A stretch of 64,000 bases of DNA from Akkermansia sp. (GCA_045641125.1 JAZUGI010000024.1:1487-65486); one strand, 5' to 3'; numbered from the stretch's first letter, positions 30,368-41,159 are shown. The notes: generated from the letters alone by a model not told the origin. Made by a program: numbers and translations.

Positions 30368-30474
30368 ACCGATATTTATCCACCTTTTCTCTGCATGTCA
30401 CAAAAAAGTCTTGCAATCTCCCGCGAGATGGTTCAAAAAAAGCAGCGGTTACTATCCACCCCCAATAATACGCT

Positions 30475-30762
30475 ATGGAATTACACATTGAAATCATTGC
30501 CCCGAACGGTGTACAAGTCAAGCAGATTTTCTCCAGCATTGACGTCACCGAAGATGAAGACGGTGAGCTTGAAAAGCTGACAAAGCAAGTTCAGGCTGGC
30601 GGAATCATTACGCTCTACACGCAAGATGGAGCACTAATGCTGAACACGTCCAAGCTCGTCTCTCTCGACGCTTTGAAAACACTCGAAGCCACCTTTAATG
30701 AAGATGGCGAAGAGGACGGAACGGAAGAAGTCTACACCGTGGACATTGTGATGAGCGTGTAG
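30475..30762 (+). CDS. hypothetical acidic protein (TAG-free, terminates at TAG)
   Basis: A 95-aa ORF. Reading through its TAG would run into antisense of the next gene, so TAG is probably a real stop here. Confidence 0.5.
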   Translation: MELHIEIIAPNGVQVKQIFSSIDVTEDEDGELEKLTKQVQAGGIITLYTQDGALMLNTSKLVSLDALKTLEATFNEDGEEDGTEEVYTVDIVMSV

Positions 30763-30774
30763 AGACACGGCTCG

Positions 30775-32418
30775 TCACTTCACTAGAAAGACAAGCTCGG
30801 CAAAGCTCACCGACTGCAAGATTGGAGCGCGGTCGATTTTGCTTTGTGCGGGTGCGTGGTCTTGCCAAAACACTTCGGCAAGTTCTTCCACCGTGTGTGT
30901 GGCGTGCGGCTCCTCATCGGCGTTCACGCATGCTGCATTGTCGTCTTGCGTCTGTGCTATCCAGTCTTGCCTGTAGCTCTGCGCGCATTGCTCGATGATG
31001 GTGGCAAGGTCTGCAACTTCCTTGTCGGTGTAGAAACTGTCGTAGCATTGAGCCACCCTGTAACCACGCCGCAAGAGTTCTTGCCTCACCGCCCGATAAA
31101 TGCAGCTCTCATGCAGAAAAATCTCGGACGAGCACGTCTTGCCTATCACGTCACGCATGCGGGTGAATATCTGCTCGATGATTGGTTCAGCCCTGCTGAT
31201 GAGCTCTGTCAGTTGTTCTCCGTCTAAGTCACCGAACTGTAGCTTGCTCTTTATGTGACCCTTTACTTCACCAGCCGTGCGGGCAAAATAGAAGCGCATT
31301 GCAAAGCGTTTGAAAAGTTGCCGCTGCTCGTTGTCCTAAAACTTCTCTGGACACATGAGCTGATACAAGTCTATGCTGTCATCTAACCACACGCCGTGAT
31401 TGAGGAAGTACTGAACACGGTAGATGGATGACTTGACGTCGTAGTGCGCGGGTGCTTCTCCCCATGCCGCCGTGAGCAGGCTCTCGCGTTCCTCCACGCG
31501 CATGCAGGCGAAGTGACTTGTCTCGCGTATGGACGTCTTGCTCACGTTCCCCTTCTATGACCGCTTCACCTTTACTCGGAACTTATATCCGTCATCCTCT
31601 GCAACGTACTTCTTCCACAGTTTGCCGTAGTGTTGAACAACGCGCTCGATGACGTCCTCATTGCTCAGATTTCCCACTTGTTGCGAGACGTATTGTGTGA
31701 TTGGAATGGAGCTGGGAACGCGCTTCCCACTAGGTCCATTTGAATACTGCTACATATGGGGGGGGTAGGGTAGAGAAAGAGAGAGAGACGAGGGTTGAGG
31801 GCTGACGCCCTCTTGATGGCTGACGCCATCTTGACACACACATGGAGCACAATGCGTGGACGCATAGGGAACGCTCGGCGCGAGTTCATTCGCGCTCACG
31901 ATTTTGCACTCCCTGGCAATGCTTGAAAGGTTGTCCATGACGTAGGGATTAACCCAGTACATTCTTGCATAGCCGCATTGTCCGTCATCGTGGAAGCAGT
32001 ACGACTCATCAGCAACCGCAAGCAAGCCCACCGATACGCCCTTTGCAATCAGATCCACAAGTGCGCGCTGCTTCATTAGCAAGGCGGCTTGCAGGGCAGT
32101 CTCGTTGGAGCTAAGCTGAAACGGTGGGAAATCGAAGGGGTCGTACAGGGTGTAGTCAAGTTCTACGGCGCGCACCTTGTTCAGGCAATGTTGGCCAAGC
32201 TGCAACAGGTTCGTCAGGTTGACCCTCCATTTGCGTCCAAATAGGCTCTACAGCGTTTGCAGGGTCACGGGGGTAGTTCTACCGTCAAATGAAAACAACG
32301 CGCTCCTGCCGAGTCCTACGCGCCTCAAACGGGCGTTTTCCTTGGAGTCTGCCATGTGCTGCTCCAATTCCAGCAGCGTCTCAAATAATCCAGTTTTGGG
32401 ATGGGGGTTCTTTATCAT
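30775..32418 (-). CDS. large hypothetical protein, 547 codons, 4 in-frame TAGs (possibly replication-associated; function not recognised)
   Basis: The track fragments 32205-31750, 31545-31336 and 31299-30775, plus an N-terminal extension from ATG 32418, are all in one frame. They are separated only by TAG at 32248, 31750, 31555 and 31336. There is no TAA or TGA for 548 codons in roughly mid-40s % GC DNA. Confidence 0.65.
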
Positions 32419-32675
32419 TGCAAAATCTATTTACACGATTTTTCCTCGCAGGGTGGGAAAAGGGAAAAATTTGAAAAAAACTCGCCATCGGCACCCCCAC
32501 GCGCGGTGAGATGGATAAATAGCTAGTGATGGAGAGAGTCCATCATCCTCGATTATCATTGCAACCTTGGCGGGGTGCTCATTCTGTGAGTGCTCCGTCA
32601 TTGTTTGTGCGAGTCTGTAGAACTTCGTTACAATCTCTCATGCACGGCATGGGAAAATTGGATAAATAGCAGAGT

Positions 32676-32993
32676 ATGGAAAAAGAGGATTGCACAATCA
32701 GATTGGACGTTGAAAAGATTTTTGGAAGCGTGTTCACCGACAAGCAGTACAAACAGTTCAGAAAAGCAAATGACTATTGGGAAGTCATCGGTGAGTTGAG
32801 CAATCTGCCATGCAAGAGATTTTTGAAAAACGACTTCAACCTTGCGGGTGAGTGTGGCATGTATACCTACAAGCGCGCAAAGAATGAGACAAAGGCGAAG
32901 CAGCTTGACAAAGCACTTGAACGACTGCACGCATTGAACGAGAGCGGTGCAATCAGCAAAGAGTGCGAAGATGAATTTTTGTATTACGTCTAG
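32676..32993 (+). CDS. hypothetical protein (possible read-through to TGA at 33056)
   Basis: A 105-aa Lys/Glu-rich ORF preceded by the GGATAAATAGC motif. It stops at TAG 32991, and read-through would add 20 aa. Confidence 0.5.
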   Translation: MEKEDCTIRLDVEKIFGSVFTDKQYKQFRKANDYWEVIGELSNLPCKRFLKNDFNLAGECGMYTYKRAKNETKAKQLDKALERLHALNESGAISKECEDEFLYYV

Positions 32994-33375
32994 TGGACGG
33001 AGATAGTCACGGGCAACCGCATGGAAGATGAGTTTGAGGGCATGGAGATAGACTGATGAAAAAGCCTCACTCATCGTGTAAATATCTTGTGGATAAATCC
33101 GTGGGAAGCGGTATTCCCACCCCACCGCAAAGGGCATGTTCCCTGGCGGTGTAGAACTTCATTAAAATCTCCCTTAGTAGTATCATAGTTGAGTCAGCAG
33201 GACTATAACTGCTTTTTTCATATCAAGAGCGGGCGGTCAACGAAAGTTGCCGCTCGTTTCTTGTTCTACACGCGCCGCACGAAAAAAAAGTTCACTTTTT
33301 TTCAAGTTTTTTGCGAAAAGGGTAATTTGGGAAAAGTGAAGCGATGAAAATTGTATAAATATCTTTATAACAATT

Positions 33376-33843
33376 ATGAACACTACTACAACTATTAAAC
33401 AAATCAAGGGCGCGTCTAACTACGGCGTGGATGAATAGGGCAACGTGTGGAACACGAAGAGAAACAGAATGCTGAAAGCATGTTCAAATGGATGGGCGGG
33501 TTACAGGCAAGTGAAAATCGTGTTCGATGACGGAAGAACTAAGTGCATGACAGTTCACAAAATTGTGTGGACCACTTTCATGGGAGACGTGCCAGCAGGG
33601 TTGGAGATTAGCCACAAAGACGATGACAAGACAAACAACGCGCTCGACAATTTGGAAGTCATCACGCATGCGTAGAACGTAGCGAGACCAGGACGCCGCA
33701 AGGCGATTGCATTGGCAAAAAAGAAGGGCGTAGGCTTGCGCCGTGGTTATGTGAACAAGAAGGGTCACATGAGCGAGAAGAACAAGGAAATGCACCGCAC
33801 AATTTCAAAGAACTATTGGAACGAGAAGAAGGGAAGCCACTAA
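33376..33843 (+). CDS. HNH homing-endonuclease-like protein (NUMOD4 plus HNH_3 type), 2 in-frame TAGs
   Basis: SNYGVDE*GNVWN is NUMOD4-like. GYRQVKI...VHKIVWTTF...ISHKDDDKTNNALDNLEVITHA*N is the HNH_3 core. TAGs are at 33436 and 33673 and the stop is TAA 33841. Confidence 0.8.
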
Positions 33844-33877
33844 AAGACGGCGAGCGGCGTGTTATTTTCTGCTAGGT

Positions 33878-34219
33878 ATGAAGTCCATCGAGAAATTAAA
33901 CGGCGAGGAACTACTTGCCTCATCAATTCCATTTTTTGCCACACCCGATGAGGACGCATTACAGTTCGCTGATGAGCTGCAATGCGAGTATGAGGATGAA
34001 CAACTTGTCGAGATAAATCAGCTCGTGCGTGACTACGCTTGCATGTCCATCATCAGGTTTATGGAGTTTTTGAGCAAGGCAGAAACGGACAAGCAGCTCG
34101 TGGCACGTTTTATCTGCCTGAAAAAACTTTTTGACAACCGTCACGGAAACTGGATAAAGCTGTGTGAAGGGCATAACGTCACGGTGAAGACGGTACGCAC
34201 AGAGCGCGACAAAATCTAG
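33878..34219 (+). CDS. hypothetical protein
   Basis: A 113-aa ORF that ends at TAG. Read-through would add only 8 aa. Confidence 0.45.
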   Translation: MKSIEKLNGEELLASSIPFFATPDEDALQFADELQCEYEDEQLVEINQLVRDYACMSIIRFMEFLSKAETDKQLVARFICLKKLFDNRHGNWIKLCEGHNVTVKTVRTERDKI

Positions 34220-34248
34220 AGCGAGACGGGACTGCACATTCAATAAAT

Positions 34249-34467
34249 ATGAAATATATATACAAAACGAAATTTCCATCACTCAATATAGGTGATTATT
34301 ATGACGAGGAACTAATGACGAACGTCAACGATGGTTGGGAGGTTTGTCATGTGGAAAAAGGCATGATAATCTTCCGCAAGGAGGTGAGTGAGGAAGAGTA
34401 CAAAGAATATAGTACAGCTATAAGCGAGAAGGTGAACAGAATGAACAACAGTCCGTATTTGGATTAA
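34249..34467 (+). CDS. small DUF4177-like protein
   Basis: MKYIYKTKF...NDGWEVCHVEKGMIIFRK pattern, 72 aa, TAA stop. Confidence 0.45.
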   Translation: MKYIYKTKFPSLNIGDYYDEELMTNVNDGWEVCHVEKGMIIFRKEVSEEEYKEYSTAISEKVNRMNNSPYLD

Positions 34468-34470
34468 ATT

Positions 34471-35148
34471 ATGGTCAATATCATTATCACAGATACGAAG
34501 GAATCTACACGCTTCCCAGGCAAGAATGACTTGCTCCTTTCCTATACGCTGTCATGGCTTGACGGAGAGTTGCGAACGCTGGATGGTGTAGATTGTCATG
34601 TGTGGTACGTCACGCGCAGAAACAGCCCTTTGAAGCCGATAGTCGTGCCGTTTGCAACACTTCACTGCATACAGTCACCTGATGATGAGACAAGCGACAC
34701 TCACAAGGCATTGTTTGCATGGTTATAGAATCATGTGATAACAAGCCCTGATGAAACGTGGGTTCAGGTGCAGCTCACTCAACCAGTCAGACGCTTTGGG
34801 TTGCTCAATGACGTACTCGCCGCAATAAATGATAGGAACTTAGTGCTCACCTTTGCGCGCTGGGATGACCTGTAGTGGCGTGAAGTAGCCGACAAGGGTA
34901 GTTTGCCATGGGAGTATCGCCAAGCGCAGGAAAAGCCCTCCAAACGCTATTACGACGGCGCGGTGGCAGCATGGCGTGGAGACGTGAGCAAGTTGTTCCG
35001 GCTCTACGATGAGGAAGTGCCTAAAACGTGGGTCGAGAACTACGCTGGACCAGTATGCGACATTGACAGTCCGTGGCAGTATTGCCCTGACTATATCGCC
35101 GGACTTGCAACGCTGGCAAAGAAGAACGAGCAAGAGGAGATTTTATGA
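34471..35148 (+). CDS. cytidylyltransferase-like protein (NeuA/KdsB CTP_transf_3 type), 2 in-frame TAGs
   Basis: Fragments 34471-34728 and 34903-35148 are joined in frame through TAGs at 34726 and 34873. The motifs IIITDTKESTRFPGKN, VQLTQPVRR and YRQAQEKPSKRYYDGAVAAW resemble the PARxGSKxxxxKN, QxTSPxR and RxQ..P..Y..NGA signatures. Confidence 0.6.
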
Positions 35149-35747
35149 CGATAGCGACAATTAAGACAGATGAAAAAATCATGCGTGTATGGCGGCGTGA
35201 GATAAAGCGCGCACTACCGCACGCAAAGATTGAAGTGATGGAGAGTGAGCCGCAAGACGTTTTGCAACTGCTCAAAGAATTGGAAGCCATGAACGATGAC
35301 GTACTCTACACCCTGCCAGTTCACGTCATTCACAGCGGAGACTTTTTGCAGCAGTTGGAGGAGCGAGATTTTATCGCGTTCAAAGAAACTGGCAAGCCCA
35401 ACATGACAACGAACTTCTTTGCGGTCACCAATGCGGGGTTGAAGAAAATCATCGAATTTGGAAACAGCCGCTATGAGTACGACTCCAAGATTGACGTAGA
35501 CATGAACTTGAGCAATCTCGTACTCAATGCACTTGGTGAACGTGTAGAGTTTAAGGTTGACAACAACGCATTCATCCACACGCTTGACGAGACGTGCAAA
35601 GGTCGCGGCATGATTGCCACCATGTGCGGAAGTGCCGTGATAATGCAGATTGTGAACTCTGCGAAATTGGACATGTACGACATTATTCCGCAGCTCATGG
35701 AGACAAAGGCACAGGCGCAGAGAAAAGTTGAATACAGAGACAAGTGA
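35145..35747 (+). CDS. hypothetical protein (TAG-free)
   Basis: A 200-aa ORF with ATGA overlap with the upstream gene. Confidence 0.5.
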   Translation: MTIATIKTDEKIMRVWRREIKRALPHAKIEVMESEPQDVLQLLKELEAMNDDVLYTLPVHVIHSGDFLQQLEERDFIAFKETGKPNMTTNFFAVTNAGLKKIIEFGNSRYEYDSKIDVDMNLSNLVLNALGERVEFKVDNNAFIHTLDETCKGRGMIATMCGSAVIMQIVNSAKLDMYDIIPQLMETKAQAQRKVEYRDK

Positions 35748-35752
35748 AGATT

Positions 35753-36337
35753 ATGAACAACGACCAAACAGGAAGAAAGTATAGAGGACAGTACCGCGAC
35801 AAGACAATCCTCATTGTTGGCAGCGGTAGTGATTTGGATGGTAGAGGCATGCAAGAGATTATCGACTCTGACCGATACGATATTGTCGCGCGTGTCAACA
35901 AAATGTACGGCGCACCGCAAGACGTGGGAACACGCGCTGACGTGTTGTTCACCCGATGGAACTAGTGGCTCGATAATGAAGACTGGTATAGTGAAGAAGT
36001 GTAGAAGAACGCGCAGGAGATTGTCATACTCAACCAGCATGTGGGATATTCTGCAAGTGAATATCAGTGGCTCTGTGCAAGAGTAGGACATGAGCAAGTG
36101 TCGGCGGGCGCACAGGCTGTGGACTTCTTCTTAAACAGAGGAGCAAAGCAAGTGGACATTATCGGCTTCGGCTGCAAGGATGGCGCGTTCCTTAAGGACA
36201 AAATCTACACAAAGGGAAGTGACAAAACAACGCCTCAACACCTAACCACAAAAGAAGGCAAAGATGAAAATCCCACCTACGATTGGCACAAAGAAAGAGA
36301 ATGGGAGATAAATCAGGCAAACGTGCATTTCCTTTAA
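35753..36337 (+). CDS. Rossmann-type glycosyl/sialyltransferase-like protein (GT42 / MAF-like), 2 in-frame TAGs
   Basis: Fragments are joined through TAGs at 35963 and 36002. TILIVGSGSDLD...YDIVARVNKMY...GTRADVLF...SAGAQAVDFFLNRGAKQVDIIGFG parallels the Cst-type VIIAGNGPSLK...FDVFRCNQFY...TSG...IYLSGIDF layout. Confidence 0.4.
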
Positions 36338-36353
36338 TCGACAATTATAAGCA

Positions 36354-36665
36354 ATGGACAAGTCAAGTATAATATACAAAGTAATTCATCCCTCCATGTT
36401 ATGCAAGACAATGGAGAAGTCAATTAATGATATGGCAGTACAGGGGTGGACGCTCTTTCAAGTGGTAGACGCAGACACGTTCATCATGCAAATGAGTGAA
36501 AATAGAGTGAAAAACACCGAAAAATCGCCCAAAACTGGCATGGTGAGCAAAAATGGTAGTGTTGAGCAACCTGAAACAACCGTGAGGAAACCGATAGGAG
36601 GCCGAAGGAGAGCGTCGCAGGCATCCGATGGGTCATTGGGCAAAAAATCGGCGGTAGGGGGGTAA
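36354..36665 (+). CDS. hypothetical DUF4177-like protein with basic tail
   Basis: 103 aa with INDMAVQGWTLFQVV...FIMQ. It is TAG-free with a TAA stop. Confidence 0.4.
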   Translation: MDKSSIIYKVIHPSMLCKTMEKSINDMAVQGWTLFQVVDADTFIMQMSENRVKNTEKSPKTGMVSKNGSVEQPETTVRKPIGGRRRASQASDGSLGKKSAVGG

Positions 36666-36801
36666 GGCATCTCTTTGGGTGGCAAGGCCGAGCGCCGATG
36701 GGAAGGCCCCGACAACGATTTCACGGATTTTTCAATTAAAGTGTGAAACTTAAAAAACGGGAAACTTCCAACATATAATTACAAAAAACAAAACAATCAA
36801 A

Positions 36802-37404
36802 ATGCAAGATAGTGAGATAGATTTAGACGAGATAGTTGCATAGGCTAATGCTCTAACGAGTGAGACTCCATCTGATTTACCGAGTCGTTATAAAGCGGTG
36901 GAGGACACGTTCTACAACTAGGCTAGGAGCATGCAGTAGTTGCTGACTGACACCATCGGCACAGACCATATACGAGACGTCCGCATGATGGCGGCTGCGT
37001 GCAAGGATATAATGAACAACTACAACGAGACATGTCGCCTGCGAAAGCTGGCCGAGATTGAGTGCGGGCGTGTTGTTCCAATGCGCGTGTTAGAACAGTA
37101 TCAGCGCGATATTCTGCCAGCCATCGCCAACGGTATTGACAACCTACGCATGGAAGTCACGAACATTCTACAGCCGCAAGAGCGCGCTTCATTTCAAACC
37201 GCGTGGAACGCTGCATATCCCAAGTTCGTCAGCATGCTGGGTGAGGCTGCTTCTAAGCTGCAAGGGTACATTGAAGAAGCCAAGCGAGAGGCAACAGGCA
37301 ACGCGCCGACAAAGAAAGAGCGCGCAAAAAACACCGCAATCTCCAAGGAGAAAAAAGCACAGTCCGCGAAGTTGCGATACAACCGTGAGAGAAACATGCG
37401 CTGA
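36802..37404 (+). CDS. putative small terminase subunit (by position), 3 in-frame TAGs
   Basis: ATG at 36802, TAGs at 36841, 36919 and 36937, and TGA at 37402 overlapping the terminase large-subunit ATG. The C-terminus is basic. Confidence 0.4.
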
Positions 37405-39137
37405 TGACTATGGACGTTGTTGATGACTTTGTGAGCCTACTGCAAAGAGACGTTTGTGATGACCCGATATAGTGGCTAGAGGACAACGTATACCTCGACT
37501 CCATCGTGTCTCCAAACGCGCCTGGTCCTTTATCTCTCGCAAATCAGCCGTGGGCATACCAAATCATCAAAGACTTTGTAGACCCCGCCATCCAACACGT
37601 GACACTATGCACAGGCGCGCAAACAGGAAAGTCGCTGCTTATGCAACTTGCTTATTTGCTCCTTTGCAAGTTTAATCCACAGCCGAGCATTATCGCTTTC
37701 CCCGATGACTCACTTGCAGAGCGGTTTATCAAGACCCGCCTTAAACCGATTATTCAATGCAATCCTGAATTTGCTGCAAAGCTACCCCCACCGCAAGTCA
37801 TCGGTCAGAAGAACATGCTTTTCGTAGAGGGTATGCCCACCTTCTACACAGGTTGTCGCTCACCCTAGAAGCTCTGCTCCATGCCCGCTGCTTATATCTT
37901 CTTGGATGAGGCTGCAAAGCTCGTTAAAACGAAGTCTACGGAAGCTCACCCATACAAGCTCCTTAGCGAACGAAACAAATCTTTCGCCCTGCATAAAATC
38001 ATCGAAGCGTCTACACCCGCAAGCGAGTCAGATCCATTTTGGGAGTCTCTGACAAACAGCTCATGGAGCAAGTTCAAAATGCCCTGTCCGTGGTGCGGTG
38101 AGCTGATGGAGTTTACCTTCGACAAAGAACACCTGAAATGGGAAGGCAACACGCAAGAGGAAGTGATGAAGTCAACCCGCATTGTCTGCACGAACTGCTG
38201 CTGCGAGATTGACGACAACATGCGCCGCGAGATGATGAAGCATGGCAAGTGGTACGACTCCAACACAGACCATGAGACAGGTCACACAGGGTATCACATC
38301 AACAGCCTTTATAGCTGCTGGACCACCATCGGTGAAGTGGCTTGGGAGTTCGTCAAAGCTAATCACTCCGTCCTGCGTGTAGAGGCTCTTCACAACTTTT
38401 TCAACTCTTGGCTTGCTATGCCGTGGACAGAGTACAAGACAAACGTCACAGAGGAAGATGTGAAGGCTCTGATTGACCTGAACGCCTACAAGAAACAACT
38501 GCCCGCCGATATGGTTTACCTTGCCATGGGATGTGACCCTGGACAGGCTCAAACTCACTACGTCGTTGCCGCCGTGTGTCAGGGTGGAGTCATCAAAGTG
38601 GTAGACTGGGGATAGCTTGCCAGCGTGTCATCAGCAAAGGGCAAGCAGGGCGTGGCATGGTTCCTTGAAAATCAGACGTACGAGTTCAACGGCAAGCCGT
38701 ACAAGGTCGATATTTGCTACTGTGACAGCGGCTATATGACTGGCACGGTCTACGATGAAGCGCGTTCTACCTACCCCGGACTGATTAACCCCACAAAGGG
38801 CAGCGGCGCAAGCGGAACATACGGTCGTTCGGCGGTAAAGACCAACGATTTGGACTTGTTCATCTACTCCGATTTTTCGCTCAAAGTGGAGCTCTACCAA
38901 AACATGTTCAACAACAAGGAAATCGTTTTGCCAAGAGACACAGACGCTGAACTCATTGCTGGACTAAGCGGGCAAATGATGGTTGTTGACCCCAACGGAA
39001 AACGTCATTGGCGCAAGGTAGACGGCGACCACTATGGAGACTGCTTGAAGCTCTGCGTGTTGTCATCGTGGGTTGCATGCGAAAACGATGACGTGCGAGA
39101 CAGGTTGCGCCCTGCAATAGAGTTCGCGTCAACCTAA
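37404..39137 (+). CDS. terminase large subunit, lambda GpA family, 3 in-frame TAGs
   Basis: Three track ORFs (37506-37868, 37881-38615, 38625-39137) and an N-terminal extension share one frame and are joined by TAGs at 37470, 37866 and 38613. It has Walker A CTGAQTGKS, GCRSP*KLCSMPAAYIFLDEA (Walker B region), the zinc motif CPWCG...CTNCCCE and a nuclease-domain D/E pattern. Confidence 0.85.
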
Positions 39138-39166
39138 TTTCCTTTTTGAGTTTAATTTTAGACAAA

Positions 39167-39445
39167 ATGACAATCACGAAAGATTTAATCAAGAGCGTCG
39201 CGGAAATGTACACAGTAGACAATCTGCGAGAAAAAATCACAGGTCTGATTTAGGACTTGGAGAACAACGGCTCGACCATCACATCAGCGTCCACAGGCGC
39301 GGGCGCAAGCTACACGCGAAGAATTGAAGCGTCACGCGAAGATTTGTTGTCACTCTACAGCGCGGCGTTGAACTACAAGCTCGGCATACCCGCGCAGACT
39401 GGCGAAGTCAATCGTGTAGTGTTCCATTCCTATTTCAACCGATAA
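39167..39445 (+). CDS. gpW-like head-tail joining protein, 1 in-frame TAG
   Basis: It sits between terminase and portal, as in lambda. It is 92 codons, with TAG at 39251. Confidence 0.5.
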
Positions 39446-39451
39446 AAAATT

Positions 39452-40951
39452 ATGCCAAGACAAAAGACAGAGCAAACACCCGTGAAAAAGAGAGTCAAGG
39501 GAAGTGGCACGGCAACGAAGGTGACGAACTCATACGGCTTGGACGCTGGTGCATACAGCCCCAATCGCTCGTTCAATACTTTCCCAGTAGTACAGCGGCG
39601 CGATATAACCGCCTATCGCCGTCACCGCATTATCTCACGCGCGCGGTCGTTGTTCTACAACTCACCCGAAGTGCGTTCGGCGGTTAAAACGCTCGGCATG
39701 CTTGTCGGCAACTTGAAGCCGCTGGCAAACTCCAAAGATGAAGAGTGGAACAAACTCGCACAAGAAGCCTTTACTCGCCGCACAAACAACGCAAACACGT
39801 TCGAGCTGACAGGCTCCATGAACTTCAACCAGTTTTAGAGCTACATAGAGGAACAGGCGGTAGTCGATGGGGATTGCCTTGTAGTGCTCACTACGAGCCG
39901 TGATGGCGGTGGGGTGGCAGTATACCCCGCTGACATGATTGGCACGTCCTAGGGCAACGAGGACGTCATTGATGGCGTGGAATTGGACCAGTACGGGAAG
40001 CCGCTTTACTATCACATCGTGTCCAAAGATACCGAAAAGCGGATTAAGGCGTCCAGCGCGGTGCTTTATCGCCACTCGCCTGACCCTACAGACCAGCGCG
40101 GCTTGACCGATTTGATTGCAGCTATAACCACCGCGCAAGACCTGTACGAGCTTAACTCCTACAACAAACAGAGCGTCAAATTGAGCGCGTCTTTTGGAAT
40201 TGTGGAGACGGTGGACAACAACGTGAAGCGCACAGACGTGAGTGATCTGAACATGCTTAGAAACGGCGGCACGATGGGCGGTCAAGCACCATGCGGGTGT
40301 GAGATGGCTCCACAGTCTCCCCTAACGGTGAACGGTGTTAGCGCGCTGACGCTTTCACCAGGACATGACCTAAAGACCATCACCGACAACAGACCATCCA
40401 ACGAAGTGCGTAACTTTGCGCGTGACCTTGTGGACAGCATTGCACACTCGGTTGGATTAGACCCTGAAATCCTTTACAGAGTCAAGGAGATGGGTAGCGC
40501 AAGCGTTCGTTTCTGCATAGCCAAATGCAAAGACTGGACACGCCCTCGCATCTACGACAAGGAAGCACTTTGCAACCGCATTTGGAAGCACATTATCAGC
40601 TGCGAGATAGCCGCTGGACGCTTGCGCCCCTGCAAAGACCTAGACTCCATGTTTGACGTCAGATGGGTGTAGAACAGCAAATGGAGCATAGACCTTGGAC
40701 GTGATGCGAACTCTGCAATCTCCCTTATACGAGAAGGGTTGATGAGCCGTGATGAATTCTGCTTGGAGAACTACGGCAAGACCTACGAAGAAGTGATGCA
40801 AGCAAACGTTCAGAGCTTGTCTCGTGCGCTTGCCATGTGCCAAGAGCTAGGCGTCGATATAAATGCCGTGATACCAGGACAAGCGGGGTCAACGCCGATG
40901 CAAGTTCAATCTACAGACAACACCAACGAAGAAGAAAATGAACGGAATTAA
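39452..40951 (+). CDS. portal protein, lambda family (Phage_portal_2-like), 3 in-frame TAGs
   Basis: The pieces 39452-39838, 39839-39952, 39977-40672 and 40739-40951 are in one frame. TAGs are at 39836, 39950 and 40670. It has RHRIISRARSLFYNSPEVRSAVKTL near the N-terminus and the W....IDLGRDANSAISLIREGLMSRDE C-terminal signature. Confidence 0.75.
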
Positions 40952-41159
40952 GGAAATCATCATAGCTTTGCGGGATAATCCATCAGCCGCTATTTTGGCT
41001 CTATGCTTTGTCGGCCTTGGATATATGTACACAGATTTTAGAGACTATATTACGACTCAAAATCAGGCGCAGGCTGTATTGAACGAGCGTTTTATCGCCG
41101 CACTTGAAAAAATCAACGACCGCCTAAACGTGATAGAGACAAAAATCAAAAATCAATAA
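40938..41159 (+). CDS. small membrane protein
   Basis: 73 aa with one TM helix (AAILALCFVGLGYMY) and a coiled tail. Confidence 0.4.
   Translation: MNGIKEIIIALRDNPSAAILALCFVGLGYMYTDFRDYITTQNQAQAVLNERFIAALEKINDRLNVIETKIKNQ

Noticed and set aside
32529-32675. A possible upstream extension of the 32676 gene from ATG 32529 through the TAG at 32667.
   Set aside because: The TAG is part of the repeated GGATAAATAGC box, which also precedes three other start codons at fixed spacing. The upstream 46 codons look non-protein-like. It is treated as regulatory DNA.
32628-33137. A minus-strand 169-aa ORF. Also the minus-strand ORFs 35471-36097, 49476-49946, 50919-51350 and 41693-42016.
   Set aside because: Their hydrophobic or low-complexity translations lie antisense to better-supported plus-strand genes. 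Those plus-strand genes fit the operon direction and, after TAG read-through, tile the region without gaps.
33056-33209. A 50-codon ORF (MKKPHSSCKY...) with one TAG, overlapping the read-through stop of the 32676 gene.
   Set aside because: It is short, has no motif, and contains the promoter-like TGTAGAACTTCATTAAAATCTC element shared with 32616-32637. It is followed by a terminator-like hairpin at about 33229-33260. It is more likely non-coding control sequence.
33185-33215. A hairpin with a CTATAA-containing loop (AGCAGGACTATAACTGCT) that could be mistaken for an anticodon arm.
   Set aside because: The loop is 8 nt. No acceptor stem, D-arm or T-arm (GTTCRANYC) can be formed from the flanks. 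The only TTC-A-type boxes in the prophage (for example at 30431, 31631, 41188 and 43342) lack complementary T-stems.
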